In this document: piece by piece, positions 1-15,000 of the stretch
Layout: each line of letters starts with the position of its first letter
Numbering within the stretch: position 1 is the first letter of the stretch
Assembly: GCA_032718475.1 (NCBI GenBank)
Contig: JAUCBJ010008553.1
Location: forward strand, 1-64,000
Direction: 5' to 3'
Origin: Nemertoderma westbladi
Lineage: Eukaryota > Animalia > Xenacoelomorpha
DNA length: 64,000 nucleotides
The notes under the pieces: generated by a model
Database searches by the model: none
What the model was told of the DNA's origin: nothing
The model's input: the letters and a program-made list of their open reading frames with translations, nothing else
Position numbers and translations under genes: made by a program

Positions 1-3000
1 CACGGTACAAACTGAACTACTCCGCTCCTACAAACTGAACTACTCCCCGGTACAAACTGAACTACTCCCCGGTACAAACTGAACTACTCCACCCGTACAA
101 ACTGAACTACACACGGTACAAACTGAACTACACACGGTACAAACTGAACTACTCCCGGTACAAACTGAACTACTCCCCGGTACAAACTGAACTACTCCCC
201 GGTACAAACTGAACTACTCCCCGGTACAAACTGAACTACTCCGCTCCTACAAACTGAACTACTCCACGGTACAAACTGAACTACTCCCCGGTACAAACTG
301 AACTACTCCCCGGTACAAACTGAACTACTCCACGGTACAAACTGAACTACTCCACCCTACAAACTGAACTACTCCGCTCCTACAAACTGAACTACTCCCC
401 GGTACAAACTGAACTACTCCCCGGTACAAACTGAACTACTCCCCGGTACAAACTGAACTACTCCACGGTACAAACTGAACTACTCCCCGGTACAAACTGA
501 ACTACTCCCCGGTACAAACTGAACTACTCCCCGGTACAAACTGAACTACACACGGTACAAACTGAACTACTCCACCCTACAAACTGAACTACTCCACCCT
601 ACAAACTGAACTACTCCCCGGTACAAACTGAACTACTCCACCCTACAAACTGAACTACTCCGCTCCTACAAACTGAACTACTCCCCGGTACAAACTGAAC
701 TACTCCCCGGTACAAACTGAACTACTCCCCGGTACAAACTGAACTACTCCACGGTACAAACTGAACTACTCCCCGGTACAAACTGAACTACTCCCCGGTA
801 CAAACTGAACTACTCCCCGGTACAAACTGAACTACTCCCCGGTACAAACTGAACTACTCCACCCTACAAACTGAACTACTCCGCTCCTACAAACTGAACT
901 ACTCCGCTCCTACAAACTGAACTACTCCGCTCCTACAAACTGAACTACTCCGCTCCTACAAACTGAACTACTCCACCCTACAAACTGAACTACACACGGT
1001 ACAAACTGAACTACACACGGTACAAACTGAACTACTCCACCCTACAAACTGAACTACTCCCCGGTACAAACTGAACTACTCCACGGTACAAACTGAACTA
1101 CTCCCCGGTACAAACTGAACTACTCCCCGGTACAAACTGAACTACTCCCCGGTACAAACTGAACTACTCCCCGGTACAAACTGAACTACTCCCCGGTACA
1201 AACTGAACTACTCCCCGGTACAAACTGAACTACTCCCCGGTACAAACTGAACTACTCCCCGGTACAAACTGAACTACTCCCCGGTACAAACTGAACTACA
1301 CACGGTACAAACTGAACTACACACGGTACAAACTGTACTACACACGGTACAAACTGAACTACACACGGTACAAACTGAACTACTACACGGTACAAACTGA
1401 ACTACTACACGGTACAAACTGAACTACACACGGTACAAACTGAACTACACACGGTACAAACTGAACTACACACGGTACAAACTGAACTACTCCCCGGTAC
1501 AAACTGAACTACTCCACGGTACAAACTGAACTACTCCCCGGTACAAACTGAACTACTCCCCGGTACAAACTGAACTACACACGGTACAAACTGAACTACT
1601 CCACCCTACAAACTGAACTACACACGGTACAAACTGAACTACACACGGTACAAACTGAACTACTCCACCCTACAAACTGAACTACACACGGTACAAACTG
1701 AACTACACACGGTACAAACTGAACTACACACGGTACAAACTGAACTACTCCACGGTACAAACTGAACTACTCCCCGGTACAAACTGAACTACTCCCCGGT
1801 ACAAACTGAACTACTCCACGGTACAAACTGAACTACTCCCCGGTACAAACTGAACTACTCCCCGGTACAAACTGAACTACACACGGTACAAACTGAACTA
1901 CTCCACCCTACAAACTGAACTACACACGGTACAAACTGAACTACACACGGTACAAACTGAACTACACACGGTACAAACTGAACTACTCCACGGTACAAAC
2001 TGAACTACTCCCCGGTACAAACTGAACTACTCCCCGGTACAAACTGAACTACTACACGGTACAAACTGAACTACACACGGTACAAACTGAACTACTCCAC
2101 CCTACAAACTGAACTACACACGGTACAAACTGAACTACACACGGTACAAACTGAACTACACACGGTACAAACTGAACTACTCCCCGGTACAAACTGTACT
2201 ACACACGGTACAAACTGAACTACTCCACCCTACAAACTGAACTACACACGGTACAAACTGAACTACACACGGTACAAACTGAACTACACACGGTACAAAC
2301 TGAACTACTCCACCCTACAAACTGAACTACACACGGTACAAACTGAACTACACACGGTACAAACTGAACTACTCCCCGGTACAAACTGAACTACACACGG
2401 TACAAACTGAACTACTCCACCCTACAAACTGAACTACACACGGTACAAACTGAACTACACACGGTACAAACTGAACTACACACGGTACAAACTGAACTAC
2501 TCCCCGGTACAAACTGTACTACACACGGTACAAACTGAACTACTCCACCCTACAAACTGAACTACTCCCCGGTACAAACTGAACTACTCCACGGTACAAA
2601 CTGAACTACACACGGTACAAACTGAACTACACACGGTACAAACTGAACTACTACACGGTACAAACTGAACTACACACGGTACAAACTGTACTACACACGG
2701 TACAAACTGAACTACACACGGTACAAACTGAACTACTCCCCGGTACAAACTGAACTACTCCACGGTACAAACTGAACTACTCCCCGGTACAAACTGAACT
2801 ACACACGGTACAAACTGAACTACTCCACGGTACAAACTGAACTACTACACGGTACAAACTGAACTACACACGGTACAAACTGAACTACACACGGTACAAA
2901 CTGAACTACACACGGTACAAACTGAACTACTCCCCGGTACAAACTGAACTACTCCCCGGTACAAACTGAACTACACACGGTACAAACTGAACTACACACG

Positions 3001-6000
3001 GTACAAACTGAACTACTCCCCGGTACAAACTGAACTACTCCCCGGTACAAACTGAACTACTCCACGGTACAAACTGAACTACACACGGTACAAACTGAAC
3101 TACACACGGTACAAACTGAACTACTCCACCCTACAAACTGAACTACTCCCCGGTACAAACTGAACTACTCCACGGTACAAACTGAACTACACACGGTACA
3201 AACTGAACTACACACGGTACAAACTGAACTACACACGGTACAAACTGAACTACACACGGTACAAACTGAACTACACACGGTACAAACTGAACTACACACG
3301 GTACAAACTGAACTACACACGGTACAAACTGAACTACACACGGTACAAACTGAACTACTCCCCGGTACAAACTGAACTACTCCCCGGTACAAACTGAACT
3401 ACTCCACGGTACAAACTGAACTACACACGGTACAAACTGAACTACACACGGTACAAACTGAACTACACACGGTACAAACTGAACTACACACGGTACAAAC
3501 TGAACTACACACGGTACAAACTGAACTACTACACGGTACAAACTGAACTACACACGGTACAAACTGAACTACACACGGTACAAACTGAACTACACACGGT
3601 ACAAACTGAACTACACACGGTACAAACTGAACTACACACGGTACAAACTGAACTACACACGGTACAAACTGAACTACACACGGTACAAACTGAACTACAC
3701 ACGGTACAAACTGAACTACACACGGTACAAACTGAACTACTCACGGTACAAACTGAACTACACACGGTACAAACTGAACTACACACGGTACAAACTGAAC
3801 TACACACGGTACAAACTGAACTACACACGGTACAAACTGAACTACACACGGTACAAACTGAACTACACACGGTACAAACTGAACTACACACGGTACAAAC
3901 TGAACTACACACGGTACAAACTGAACTACACACGGTACAAACTGAACTATACACGGTACAAACTGAACTACACACGGTACAAACTGAACTACCACGGTAC
4001 AAACTGAACTACACACGGTACAAACTGAACTACACACGGTACAAACTGAACTACACACGGTACAAACTGAACTACACACGGTACAAACTGAACTACACAC
4101 GGTACAAACTGAACTACACACGGTACATACTGAACTACACACGGTACAAACTGAACTACACACGGTACAAACTGAACTACGCACGGTACAAACTGAACTA
4201 CACACGGTACAAACTGAACTACACACGGTACAAACTGAACTACACACGGTACAAACTGAACTACACACGGTACAAACTGAACTACACACGGTACAAACTG
4301 AACTACACACGGTACAAACTGAACTACACACGGTACAAACTGAACTACACACGGTACAAACTGAACTACTACACGGTACAAACTGAACTACACACGGTAC
4401 AAACTGAACTAAACACGGTACAAACTGAACTACACACGGTACAAACTGAACTACACACGGTACAAACTGAACTACACACGGTACAAACTGAACTACACAC
4501 GGTACAAACTGAACTACACACGGTACAAACTGAACTACACACGGTACATACTGAACTACACACGGTACAAACTGAACTACACGCGGTACAAACTGAACTA
4601 AACACGGTACAAACTGAACTACACACGGTACAAACTGAACTACACGCGGTACAAACTGAACTAAACACGGTACAAACTGAACTACTCCACCCTACAAACT
4701 GAACTACACACGGTACAAACTGAACTACACACGGTACAAACTGAACTACACACGGTACAAACTGAACTACACACGGTACAAACTGAACTACACACGGTAC
4801 AAACTGAACTACTCCACGGTACAAACTGAACTACACACGGTACAAACTGAACTACACACGGTACAAACTGAACTACACACGGTACAAACTGAACTACACA
4901 CGGTACATACTGAACTACACACGGTACAAACTGAACTACACACGGTACAAACTGAACTACGCACGGTACAAACTGAACTACACACGGTACAAACTGAACT
5001 ACACACGGTACAAACTGAACTACACACGGTACAAACTGAACTACACACGGTACAAACTGAACTACACACGGTACAAACTGAACTACACACGGTACAAACT
5101 GAACTACTACACGGTACAAACTGAACTACACACGGTACAAACTGAACTACACACGGTACAAACTGAACTACACACGGTACAAACTGAACTACACACGGTA
5201 CAAACTGAACTACACACGGTACAAACTGAACTACACACGGTACAAACTGAACTACACACGGTACAAACTGAACTACACACGGTACAAACTGAACTACACA
5301 CGGTACAAACTGAACTACACACGGTACAAACTGAACTACACACGGTACAAACTGAACTACACACGGTACAAACTGAACTACACACGGTACAAACTGAACT
5401 ACACACGGTACATACTGAACTACACACGGTACAAACTGAACTACACACGGTACAAACTGAACTACGCACGGTACAAACTGAACTACACAGGGTACAAACT
5501 GAACTACACACGGTACAAACTGAACTACACACGGTACAAACTGAACTACATACGGTACAAACTGAACTACACACGGTACAAACTGAACTACACACGGTAC
5601 AAACTTTAACTACTACACGGTACAAACTGAACTACACACGGTACAAACTGAACTAAACACGGTACAAACTGAACTACACACGGTACAAACTGAACTACAC
5701 ACGGTACAAACTGAACTACACACGGTACATACTGAACTACACACGGTACAAACTGAACTACACGCGGTACAAACTGAACTAAACACGGTACAAACTGAAC
5801 TACACACGGTACAAACTAAACTACGCACGGTACAAACTGAACTACACACGGTACAAACTGAACTACACACGGTACAAACTGAACTACACACGGTACATAC
5901 TGAACTAAACACGGTACAAACTGAACTACACGCGGTACAAACTGAACTAAACACGGTACAAACTGAACTACACACGGTACAAACTGAACTACACACGGTA

Positions 6001-8365
6001 CAAACTGAACTACTCCACGGTACAAACTGAACTACTACACGGTACAAACTGAACTACACACGGTACAAACTGAACTACACACGGTACAAACTGAACTACA
6101 CACGGTACAAACTGAACTACACACGGTACAAACTGAACTACACACGGTACATACTGAACTACACACGGTACAAACTGAACTACACACGGTACAAACTGAA
6201 CTACGCACGGTACAAACTGAACTACACAGGGTACAAACTGAACTACACACGGTACAAACTGAACTACACACGGTACAAACTGAACTACATACGGTACAAA
6301 CTGAACTACACACGGTACAAACTGAACTACACACGGTACAAACTTTAACTACTACACGGTACAAACTGAACTACACACGGTACAAACTGAACTAAACACG
6401 GTACAAACTGAACTACACACGGTACAAACTGAACTACACACGGTACAAACTGAACTACACACGGTACATACTGAACTACACACGGTACAAACTGAACTAC
6501 ACGCGGTACAAACTGAACTAAACACGGTACAAACTGAACTACACACGGTACAAACTAAACTACGCACGGTACAAACTGAACTACACACGGTACAAACTGA
6601 ACTACACACGGTACAAACTGAACTACACACGGTACATACTGAACTACACACGGTACAAACTGAACTACACGCGGTACAAACTGAACTAAACACGGTACAA
6701 ACTGAACTACACACGGTACAAACTGAACTACACACGGTACAAACTGAACTACTCCACGGTACAAACTGAACTACTACACGGTACAAACTGAACTACACAC
6801 GGTACAAACTGAACTACACACGGTACAAACTGAACTACACACGGTACAAACTGAACTACACACGGTACAAACTGAACTACTACACGGTACAAACTGAACT
6901 ACACACGGTACAAACTGAACTACACACGGTACAAACTGAACTACACACGGTACAAACTGAACTACACACGGTAAAAACTGAACTACACACGGTACAAACT
7001 GAACTACACACGGTACAAACTGAACTACTACACGGTACAAACTGAACTAAACACGGTACAAACTGAACTACACACGGTACAAACTGAACTACTACACGGT
7101 ACAAACTGAACTACACACGGTACAAACTGAACTACACACGGTACAAACTGAACTACTACACGGTACAAACTGAACTAAACACGGTACAAACTGAACTACA
7201 CACGGTACAAACTGAACTACACACGGTACAAACTGAACTACACACGGTACAAACTGAACTACACACGGTACAAACTGAACTACACACGGTACAAACTGAA
7301 CTACACACGGTACAAACTGAACTACACACGGTACAAACTGAACTACTACACGGTACAAACTGAACTACTACACGGTACAAACTGAACTACTACACGGTAC
7401 AAACTGAACTACTACACGGTACAAACTGAACTACACACGGTACAAACTGAATTACACACGGTACAAACTGAACTACACACGGTACAAACTGAACTACACA
7501 CGGTACAAACTGAACTACACACGGTACAAACTAAACTACACACGGTACAAACTGAACTACACACGGTACAAACTGAACTACACACGGTACAAACTGAACT
7601 ACACACGGTACAAACTGAACTACACACGGTACAAACTGAACTACACACGGTACAAACTGAACTACACACGGTACAAACTGAACTACACACGGTACAAACT
7701 GAACTACACACGGTACAAACTGAACTACACACGGTACAAACTGAACTACACACGGTACAAACTGAACTACACACGGTACAAACTGAACTACACACGGTAC
7801 AAACTGAACTACACACGGTACAAACTGAACTACACACGGTACAAACTGAACTACACACGGTACAAACTGAACTACACACGGTACAAACTGAACTACACAC
7901 GGTACAAACTGAACTACACACGGTACAAACTGAACTACACACGGTACAAACTGAACTACACACGGTACAAACTGAACTACACACGGAACAAACTGAACTA
8001 CTACACGGTACAAACTGAAATAAACACGGTATAAACTGAACTAAACACGGTACAAACTGAACTAAACACGGTATAAACTGAACTAAACACAGTACAAACT
8101 GAACTACACACGGTACAAACTGAACTACACACGGTACAAACTGAACTACACACGGTACAAACTGAACTACACACGGTACAAACTGAACTACACACGGTAC
8201 AAACTGAACTACACACGGTACAAACTGAACTACACACGGTACAAACTGAACTACACACGGTACAAACTGAACTACACACGGTACAAACTGAACTACACAC
8301 GGTACAAACTGAACTACACACGGTACAAACTGAACTACACACGGTACAAACTGAACTACACACGG
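1..8365. repeat. Satellite array, 21-bp unit CACGGTACAAACTGAACTACA with 22/23-bp variants (TCCCCGG, TCCACCC, TCCGCTCC); runs off the left edge of the window
   Basis: Continuous tandem copies are directly visible. The minus-strand CVVQFVP/CSSVCTV ORFs are translations of the repeat. Confidence 0.98.
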
Positions 8366-9563
8366 TGTAAAAGCTTTTGTGGGATAACTGATTCGTTTGC
8401 CTTGCTGGCCAGTTCCCCCCCGGTCGCTAGAATACTCTAAAAGGGATCTATAGGTAAAATAGTGCAAGCTACCAGCTTATTGGCTGATGGGCTGTACGAG
8501 AGTATCTGGGTTCTGTTCGATCGGCCAACCAGCTTAGGGAGGTTGCCTTAGCCCTGCTGTCCGTATCGGCCAATAGAATTTGAGTGGGCGTTGATGTTGA
8601 CCTATCCCAGAGCTACTGAACTGAATTTTCCTATCTCACTGCTCATCCTCTGTGTTGGACGGGAGCTTCGGGGAATAAGGGTAGTTGGTATCCTCGTATA
8701 GTCAGGTAGTCATATGATTTTATATGATTCTGTTGTTGTGTTCCCATTTTCGCCATAACACCGGCTTTTTGGGAAGAACTCTAGTAAAACTGCTTAAATT
8801 ATCGAAAGTATGACTGTTATCTAACTCAATCGACTTATCTGATCTAATTAACTCACTATTAATCATATTGTTTGTACTGTTATTTACCGTCAGTTATTAA
8901 TTGTATCTATTTGTTGATGGAAATATTGCTCTTTGGAGAATACGGATAAATCACCCAAAATTCCCAATTTTCTTGATACACTACAGGTTAGAGAGACGGG
9001 CTATATATAACAATTGCGATTTATATTAATGTGGTGTGTATTGAATCTAATGTTATTTAGCAGACCCTACATGAGTCAATTGCTGCTCTCTTTATGTGTG
9101 ATCAAATTTACTGACGGTCGGCAGAATAGTGTGTATGATTGTGATTGGTAACAAAGCATTTCCTAAAGAATGCGCCTTATACTTTAATCATAAGCAGTAT
9201 CGTTGCGTTTAGTATAAGTCCTAGTTCTGTTTAAATAGATAGAGCGCCACGTCCTAAAGGAACTGTTAATATTTCCCGAAAGCCAATAATATCTGTCAGA
9301 AATTAATTAATAACGATCAATCGAATAATACAATAGGTTTACACTGCAACCTTACACTGCAATAATAAAATTTAAGCAGCCGAATTCAGCCTCCCGGGTG
9401 TAGATCCATCGGGTGAATGATCGCGCATGGGCTGGCTTCGGGTAATGTTTTGTTTATTAGCATAAAATATTGTCGTATGCTAAAGGTGTTTTAATTAACT
9501 AAAAGACATATAAATTTTGGCAGGTTAAACTGCTAAAGGTCTTCAAAAGCGCGAACAATAACA
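8366..9563 (+). repeat. 5' LTR (1198 bp)
   Basis: Starts TGTAAAAGC, ends AATAACA, and matches 26095-27292 at a constant offset of 17729. Contains CCAAT-like boxes (~8478 on minus, ~8570), a TATA-like CTATATATAA (9001) and AATAAA (9364-9369). Confidence 0.95.
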
Positions 9564-9692
9564 GTTAATCTTCGTATTGCAGTGTAGGCATTAAATACAG
9601 TTTAATATTGTTCTGGTAAGAACTATAACAGTTAACGATCTTATTGCAGTAAGCAATAAGGTTGCAAAATACCGTAGTGACCGGTAAACCTG

Positions 9693-9822
9693 AACCGGTA
9701 CTTCTGTAGGTCAGTAGGCCCAACTGCCAGAACCGGTACTGCTGTAGGTCCGTAGGTCCAACTGACAGAACCGGTACTTCTGTAGGTCTGTAGGCCCAAC
9801 TGTCCTAACCGGTACTGCTGTA
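9693..9822 (+). repeat. ~39-bp tandem repeat (AACCGGTACT(T/G)CTGTAGGTC..) x3-4 in the retrotransposon 5' leader
   Basis: Repeated ACCGGTACT.CTGTAGGTC.GTAGG.CCAACTG units are visible. Confidence 0.85.
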
Positions 9823-9984
9823 TAAGTACATTAGTATTATTCGATTTTGATTATTGTATACCGGTAGGTCTCGATATTAAATCGGGGATGCCTGGTTTTT
9901 ATTGGGATTTTACTTAGGTCTATTTCTGTCAGTTTTATTTCCTAGTAAGTTAATATTGAGCTGAAGACGTGTAAGTCTGCTCAG

Positions 9985-10570
9985 ATTGTACAGATAATTG
10001 TAGGCTGAACTGCTGTCTGACTGTTGTTGGGTTTGGAGAGATTACGGCGTGTGTAGAGTTTGTCTGATAAAGTGCCGTTAGTAAGTTGGGGCAGCCATAT
10101 GCTGTAAGGTCAATCCCCTCTTAAAGAATAAGTCGTACTACCGTGTTAGAACGCATACTAACTAACTGTTTCAGAATCTGCATATACTGTAGTTTATTTA
10201 GGCTTGATCGTAGTCTGCCAGTGTTTTAGCCTGTGTTTGTTTGTGTGGTCTGTTCAGGTACCGTAATAGTTATTACTCAGATATTTTGTAGGCTGGATTG
10301 TTGTCTAGCTATTATTAGGTCTGAAGAGATTGCTGTGTGTGTGGAGTTTGTCTGATAAAGTGCTGTTAGTAAGTTGGGGCAGCCATATGCTGTAAGGTCA
10401 ATCCCCTCTTAAAGAATAAGTCGTACTACCGTGTTAGAACGCATACTAACTAACCATTTCAGAATCTACACGTACGGTAGTTTATTTAGGCTTGGTGGTA
10501 GTCTGCCAGCGTTTGGTTTGTATTTTGTTTGAGTATTCTGTACGGGTAGCGTAATATTTATTATTCAGAG
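9985..10570 (+). repeat. 288-bp diverged tandem duplication in the 5' leader
   Basis: GTAAGTTGGGGCAGCCATATGCTGTAAGGTCAATCCCCTCTTAAAG... occurs at 10081 and 10369. Confidence 0.9.
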
Positions 10571-11496
10571 TTTATGCGATTATTCGCAACATTCATGTCC
10601 CCAAGTTTATTCCTACAGTAATTGTGTTTGTTATACATACCGTTATAGTTAAATTAACCCCGGTACTACACGGGCTGCTTGGCGTAGGACAAGACTGGTG
10701 ACTTTGTGCTCTGGTCACTCCAGCAGATGCCGTGGTTCTTTTAACTGTTCAAGTATATTAACTACTGATTATTTGTTATACCGGTACTTGTACCTAATTT
10801 AGGGTTTAGTGTACAGTGCTTTCCGAAGTAATTAGTGTGTAGGCAGTATATTTGTGTTGTAAAGTGGTTGATAGGCACATTTGTTAGCTCTATTAACTTC
10901 TGGGTAGGAACAATCCGTGATACATAACGTAGTACCTATAGCGATACGGTTATAGGTCGTCAGGCGGTGGTATTTTCCTATCTGGACAGTGCAATATATT
11001 TACTACTACTTATTATTTCAAATACCGTAGTACCCTGTCCGTTGTAATAACCAGAAATTCTAACCCTTTGTTAGGCTGGTTTGTAGACTTCCTGTAAAAT
11101 TACCCTAAAAATTCGTACGTTATATTTTTGTTGTGTTTAATTAGAGATTTAATCTCACCCGTATCGTAAGTAATTTGTAGTATTAAGTAACTTAAGTAAA
11201 TTAGAATTATCAGTTTTAGTGTCAAATAAATAGCACTTCACTGAGAGCGTACAGCTTCTGTGTAGTGACTCCCCCAGAAATAATAACATTTATTTCAAAT
11301 ATTGACAAACCCTTTTTTACACGGGTATATATCTATTATAAATCAACTCAAACGATTTATAAATAGTAGGCCTGCCATACAACAACTAGGTCTCAAAATC
11401 AGTTGGACTACTGCTTAAATAACGGTAATAAAGTAAGTTAAAGTAACCAAGTAACCCTAAAATATTCAGAAATTCAATTATTCTAAAATAATTGAC

Positions 11497-11870
11497 ATAC
11501 CGGTATTTACCATAGGCTTATTATATTTATTTCTATAAATTTGAGCTGAAATCATACCGGTACTCTGTACTTGATTCTAGTCCATAATTATACTTATATA
11601 TACTATAAGTGTAAGCTGTATACCGGTATTCACTATAGGCCTACTATATATTTATATATATTTGTGCTAAAATAATATACCGGTACTCTGTGACAAATCT
11701 AGTCCATAATTATACTTATATATACTATAAGTGTAAGCTGTATACCGGTATTCACTATAGGCCTACTATATATTTATATATATTTGTGCTAAAATAATAT
11801 ACCGGTACTCTGTGACAAATCTAGTCTGTAATAATACTTATATATATTATAAGCATACCGGTATTCTAAT
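11497..11870 (+). repeat. 122-bp AT-rich tandem repeat x2-3 just upstream of gag
   Basis: TCCATAATTATACTTATATATACTATAAG... occurs at 11581 and 11703, with degenerate flanking copies. Confidence 0.85.
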
Positions 11871-12001
11871 ATATTGTATATATATCACGTTACACTGAGT
11901 AACGGTATCGGTAATAAATCGCTAGGCTTGCGGTCATACTGAATTACCAGACTTGCTTTAACTGAAACTATAGTAGTAGACATTCAACTGTATAGCTAAA
12001 C

Positions 12002-15000
12002 ATGTCTGACACTCAGCAAAACCTGTCAGACAGTCTGATCGATACAACTATCTGTGACTCAGATAGGAGTGTGGAGCGATTAAGAAAGGAGTTCAGCTCA
12101 CCTCCTACTGCAAAAAAGGTCATCCCTCCAGTAGTATCAGACCCTAGGCTAATCCACCATAGGTCCATCATAGGTACTCGGGCACAGGTCAAACGGAACC
12201 AAGAGGCAGTTGTCCTATCGCAGCAACATCTTGGTCAAGAATCTACTTCCCAGCGACCCGATAGCTCCAGTAGTTCGGATACTATAGAGCTGACCCCCGA
12301 ACGCGGAGTGCAGATGGCTGCTACAGTCTACTCGGACCCCCTTCTTACCCTTCCTGCTGCAGTGCTAACTACTATATTCATTGCGGTAGAGGAACATCAA
12401 GCCGATTGGGCGAGGAATAAGCGAGCGACCCAAGATAATTATGCGGGATTCGCCAGGGAAGAATTGATGTCTATTGTCGAGTCACAATGGAACTTTCCCG
12501 GACTCGGACTCCCGTTGGATTTGTCCGAGGCTACTTGGGAAGATATACACAGGATGGGAGTGGCTAAAGATACAATGGATCCAGCTGTTTGGAAGAGGTC
12601 GGCAGCAGGATATGTGCAGGGATTCTTCGGCTCCTTGGAGCGATTGGAAGAACAACTGTTTCGACAACCTCAAGGACCTCAAGAGCAGGAAGAGCTGCTA
12701 TACCAAATACGCGAAAGAACCCTACGCATACGACTAATCCTCTCAGCCTTTGAGGAAACTTCCAAAAGAAGACAGGACACGTCGCTACAGGTTGCTGTCA
12801 AAACTTGGTTACATCGGGTAGATCTCAAAGTGCAGGAAACGGCTCAGTGGAAATCCCAGCTGGCTGAGAGATCACCCCATGAAGAACAAACTGATGTCAC
12901 CCTTTCTCAAGCGGAAAGCGAAGAGACCGCCGAGAAGCCGCGAACTAGAGACGCTATCGACATTTATTTGTCTGACTATCAGCGATTCCTAGGAGACGAA
13001 GAGTTGAGGAGACGGCTGTCTGGACTTTCCCCTAATAGTGAAGGAACTAAGCTTGTGTTGGACTCAATCGATGCGGAAATGTTAGCTGCAAACCAAGCTG
13101 AATGTGATGAAAAACTCCGCCTCACTAGAGTCCGAGAAGAACAAGTAAAGAAAGAATGGATAGAGAAAAGAAAGGTGGCAGCAGCAGCGGCGGCAGAAGC
13201 AGAAGCCGAAAGAAAGGCGGCAGAAGCAGAAGCCGAAAGAAAGTCGGCAAAAGCAGAAGCCGAAAGAAAGGCGGCAGAAGCAGAAGCAGAAGGAAAAGCA
13301 GCAGTAGCAGAAGCAGAAGCAGAAGCCGAAAGAAAGGCGGCAGAAGCAGAAGCAGAAAGAAAGGCAGCAGTGGCCGAAGCAGAACGTAGAGCTTCTGAGG
13401 AGACTATCCAATTGGAGTTGGAGAATCTGCAAGAGACGCAAGACAGTATAAATAAACAGTTTACTGCTAATCAAATGCAGATGATGAGAAAATCTACTCC
13501 CAAGCGCCAGGGATACACATCCTCGGAGGAAGGCGAGACTACCGATCCTGAAGGCGGAGGAAATAGATCTCATCTAAGTAGGCGTAGAAAAACATCTTAC
13601 CGTCGCAAATTGCCTGATTTGCCCCCAGCTGTTAGAAGACAGCTAGCTAGCACAGACTTGAGTAGTGTAGAACCTACAGCCCAAAGTATTAAGGTCAAAA
13701 GACTCCCTACAATAGTTGATGAGCCTGAAGTAATTAAGCCTGTCGTTCCCAAAGTCACTTCTGTGTTAGAGACCCCTGTACTTCCAGAGCTTAACTCTAA
13801 ATTCCCTTTACATAGTACTACACTGCCTGCACCCGGTGGAACAGTCCAAGAGAATATCCCTGTCCAGATAGCAGAGAGAGAAATCAAAAATATGTCTCCC
13901 GTCGTCCCGCTTCAGCCCGCTACTATGTTGGCGACTCCCGCTTCGGCGGTTGAGTGGGTGGAAGAGGGACGGCGGGGGATGAATCTCCTGCTAGGACAGA
14001 TGCAGGAGACTGTCCACCAACTTAAGGGAACAGTGAGGGAAGGTAGAGCAGAGTTGCAAGAAGTGCAGCAAAGTATCGCGCTAGAACGCGACAAATTAGT
14101 CAATATACAAAGGGGCATACCAATACCCCCTGTAACATTGTGTCAACCTGTTAGGTCTGAAGTATTACATGCGCAAGGTGTGGAGCCTACACGCATCTAT
14201 ACTGCTAGTGAAGTTGAAACTCCTATAGCAAACCCTATTAAGGGTGATTATAGACCTGTTATTAATGATATTCCCTATAGACCTGATAATGATCCGAGAA
14301 ATTTATATACCGATAATTCGATATTAAATAACACGATGGCCCAAGAAAGCTTTACGCGTCAGATGGCTAGAACAGAAGCCCGCCAAGCGGTCAAAGTGGG
14401 AGAGATCGTCAAATTCAATGGAGATGAGATGAAATGGTTACCTTTCAACGAATATTACAAAGATAGCATACAGAACTCTGTACTATCTAACGGAGAGAAA
14501 CTTAGATTCCTCATCAAGTGCTTGGAAGGACCTCCCAAGTTAATGGCGTTAAAGTTTATTGGACATCCAGATGGATTAAGACAAGTTTGGGATACACTAA
14601 ACATCAGGTATGGTAACAAGGATAACATAGCTAAGTATTTGTATGCAAAATTAGTAGCCCCCCGACACTTCCTTAGTAGCGGGATTATAGAGTTTTCCGA
14701 TGAAATTCAAGAGATCTGTAGACAACTGGACTGGTTAGGTAAGTCGCATGAATATCAGAGTTCCATGGTTATTGGAGCCGTAGTCTCTACTTTACCAAAG
14801 GGTGGAGTATGTACACGCTGGGACAAGAAAGTGTTGTACATGAATGAACAACAACGACGAAGTCCTACCATGGCTGATCTCATGTCTTTCTTAGATGGTG
14901 AAGTAAAACTACAACTCATCAAGCAGTCCAGAGAGAAAACATCAGAAAATAAGGTAAGTGAGAAACCCACTTCTAGGAGAAGAGTAACACCGGTGTGTTA

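Noticed and set aside
3143-8467. Many minus-strand ORFs (CVVQFVP / CSSVCTV repeats)
   Set aside because: Stop-free translations of the 21-bp satellite in more than one frame; no coding signature.
9681-9700. CCGGTAAACCTGAAC in the element leader resembling the flanking satellite unit
   Set aside because: The match is too short and CCGGTA is common throughout this window; a satellite origin from the element cannot be supported.
10680-10700. TGGCGTAG as a possible tRNA-Ser PBS
   Set aside because: It lies 1.1 kb from the LTR end and matches only ~8 nt.
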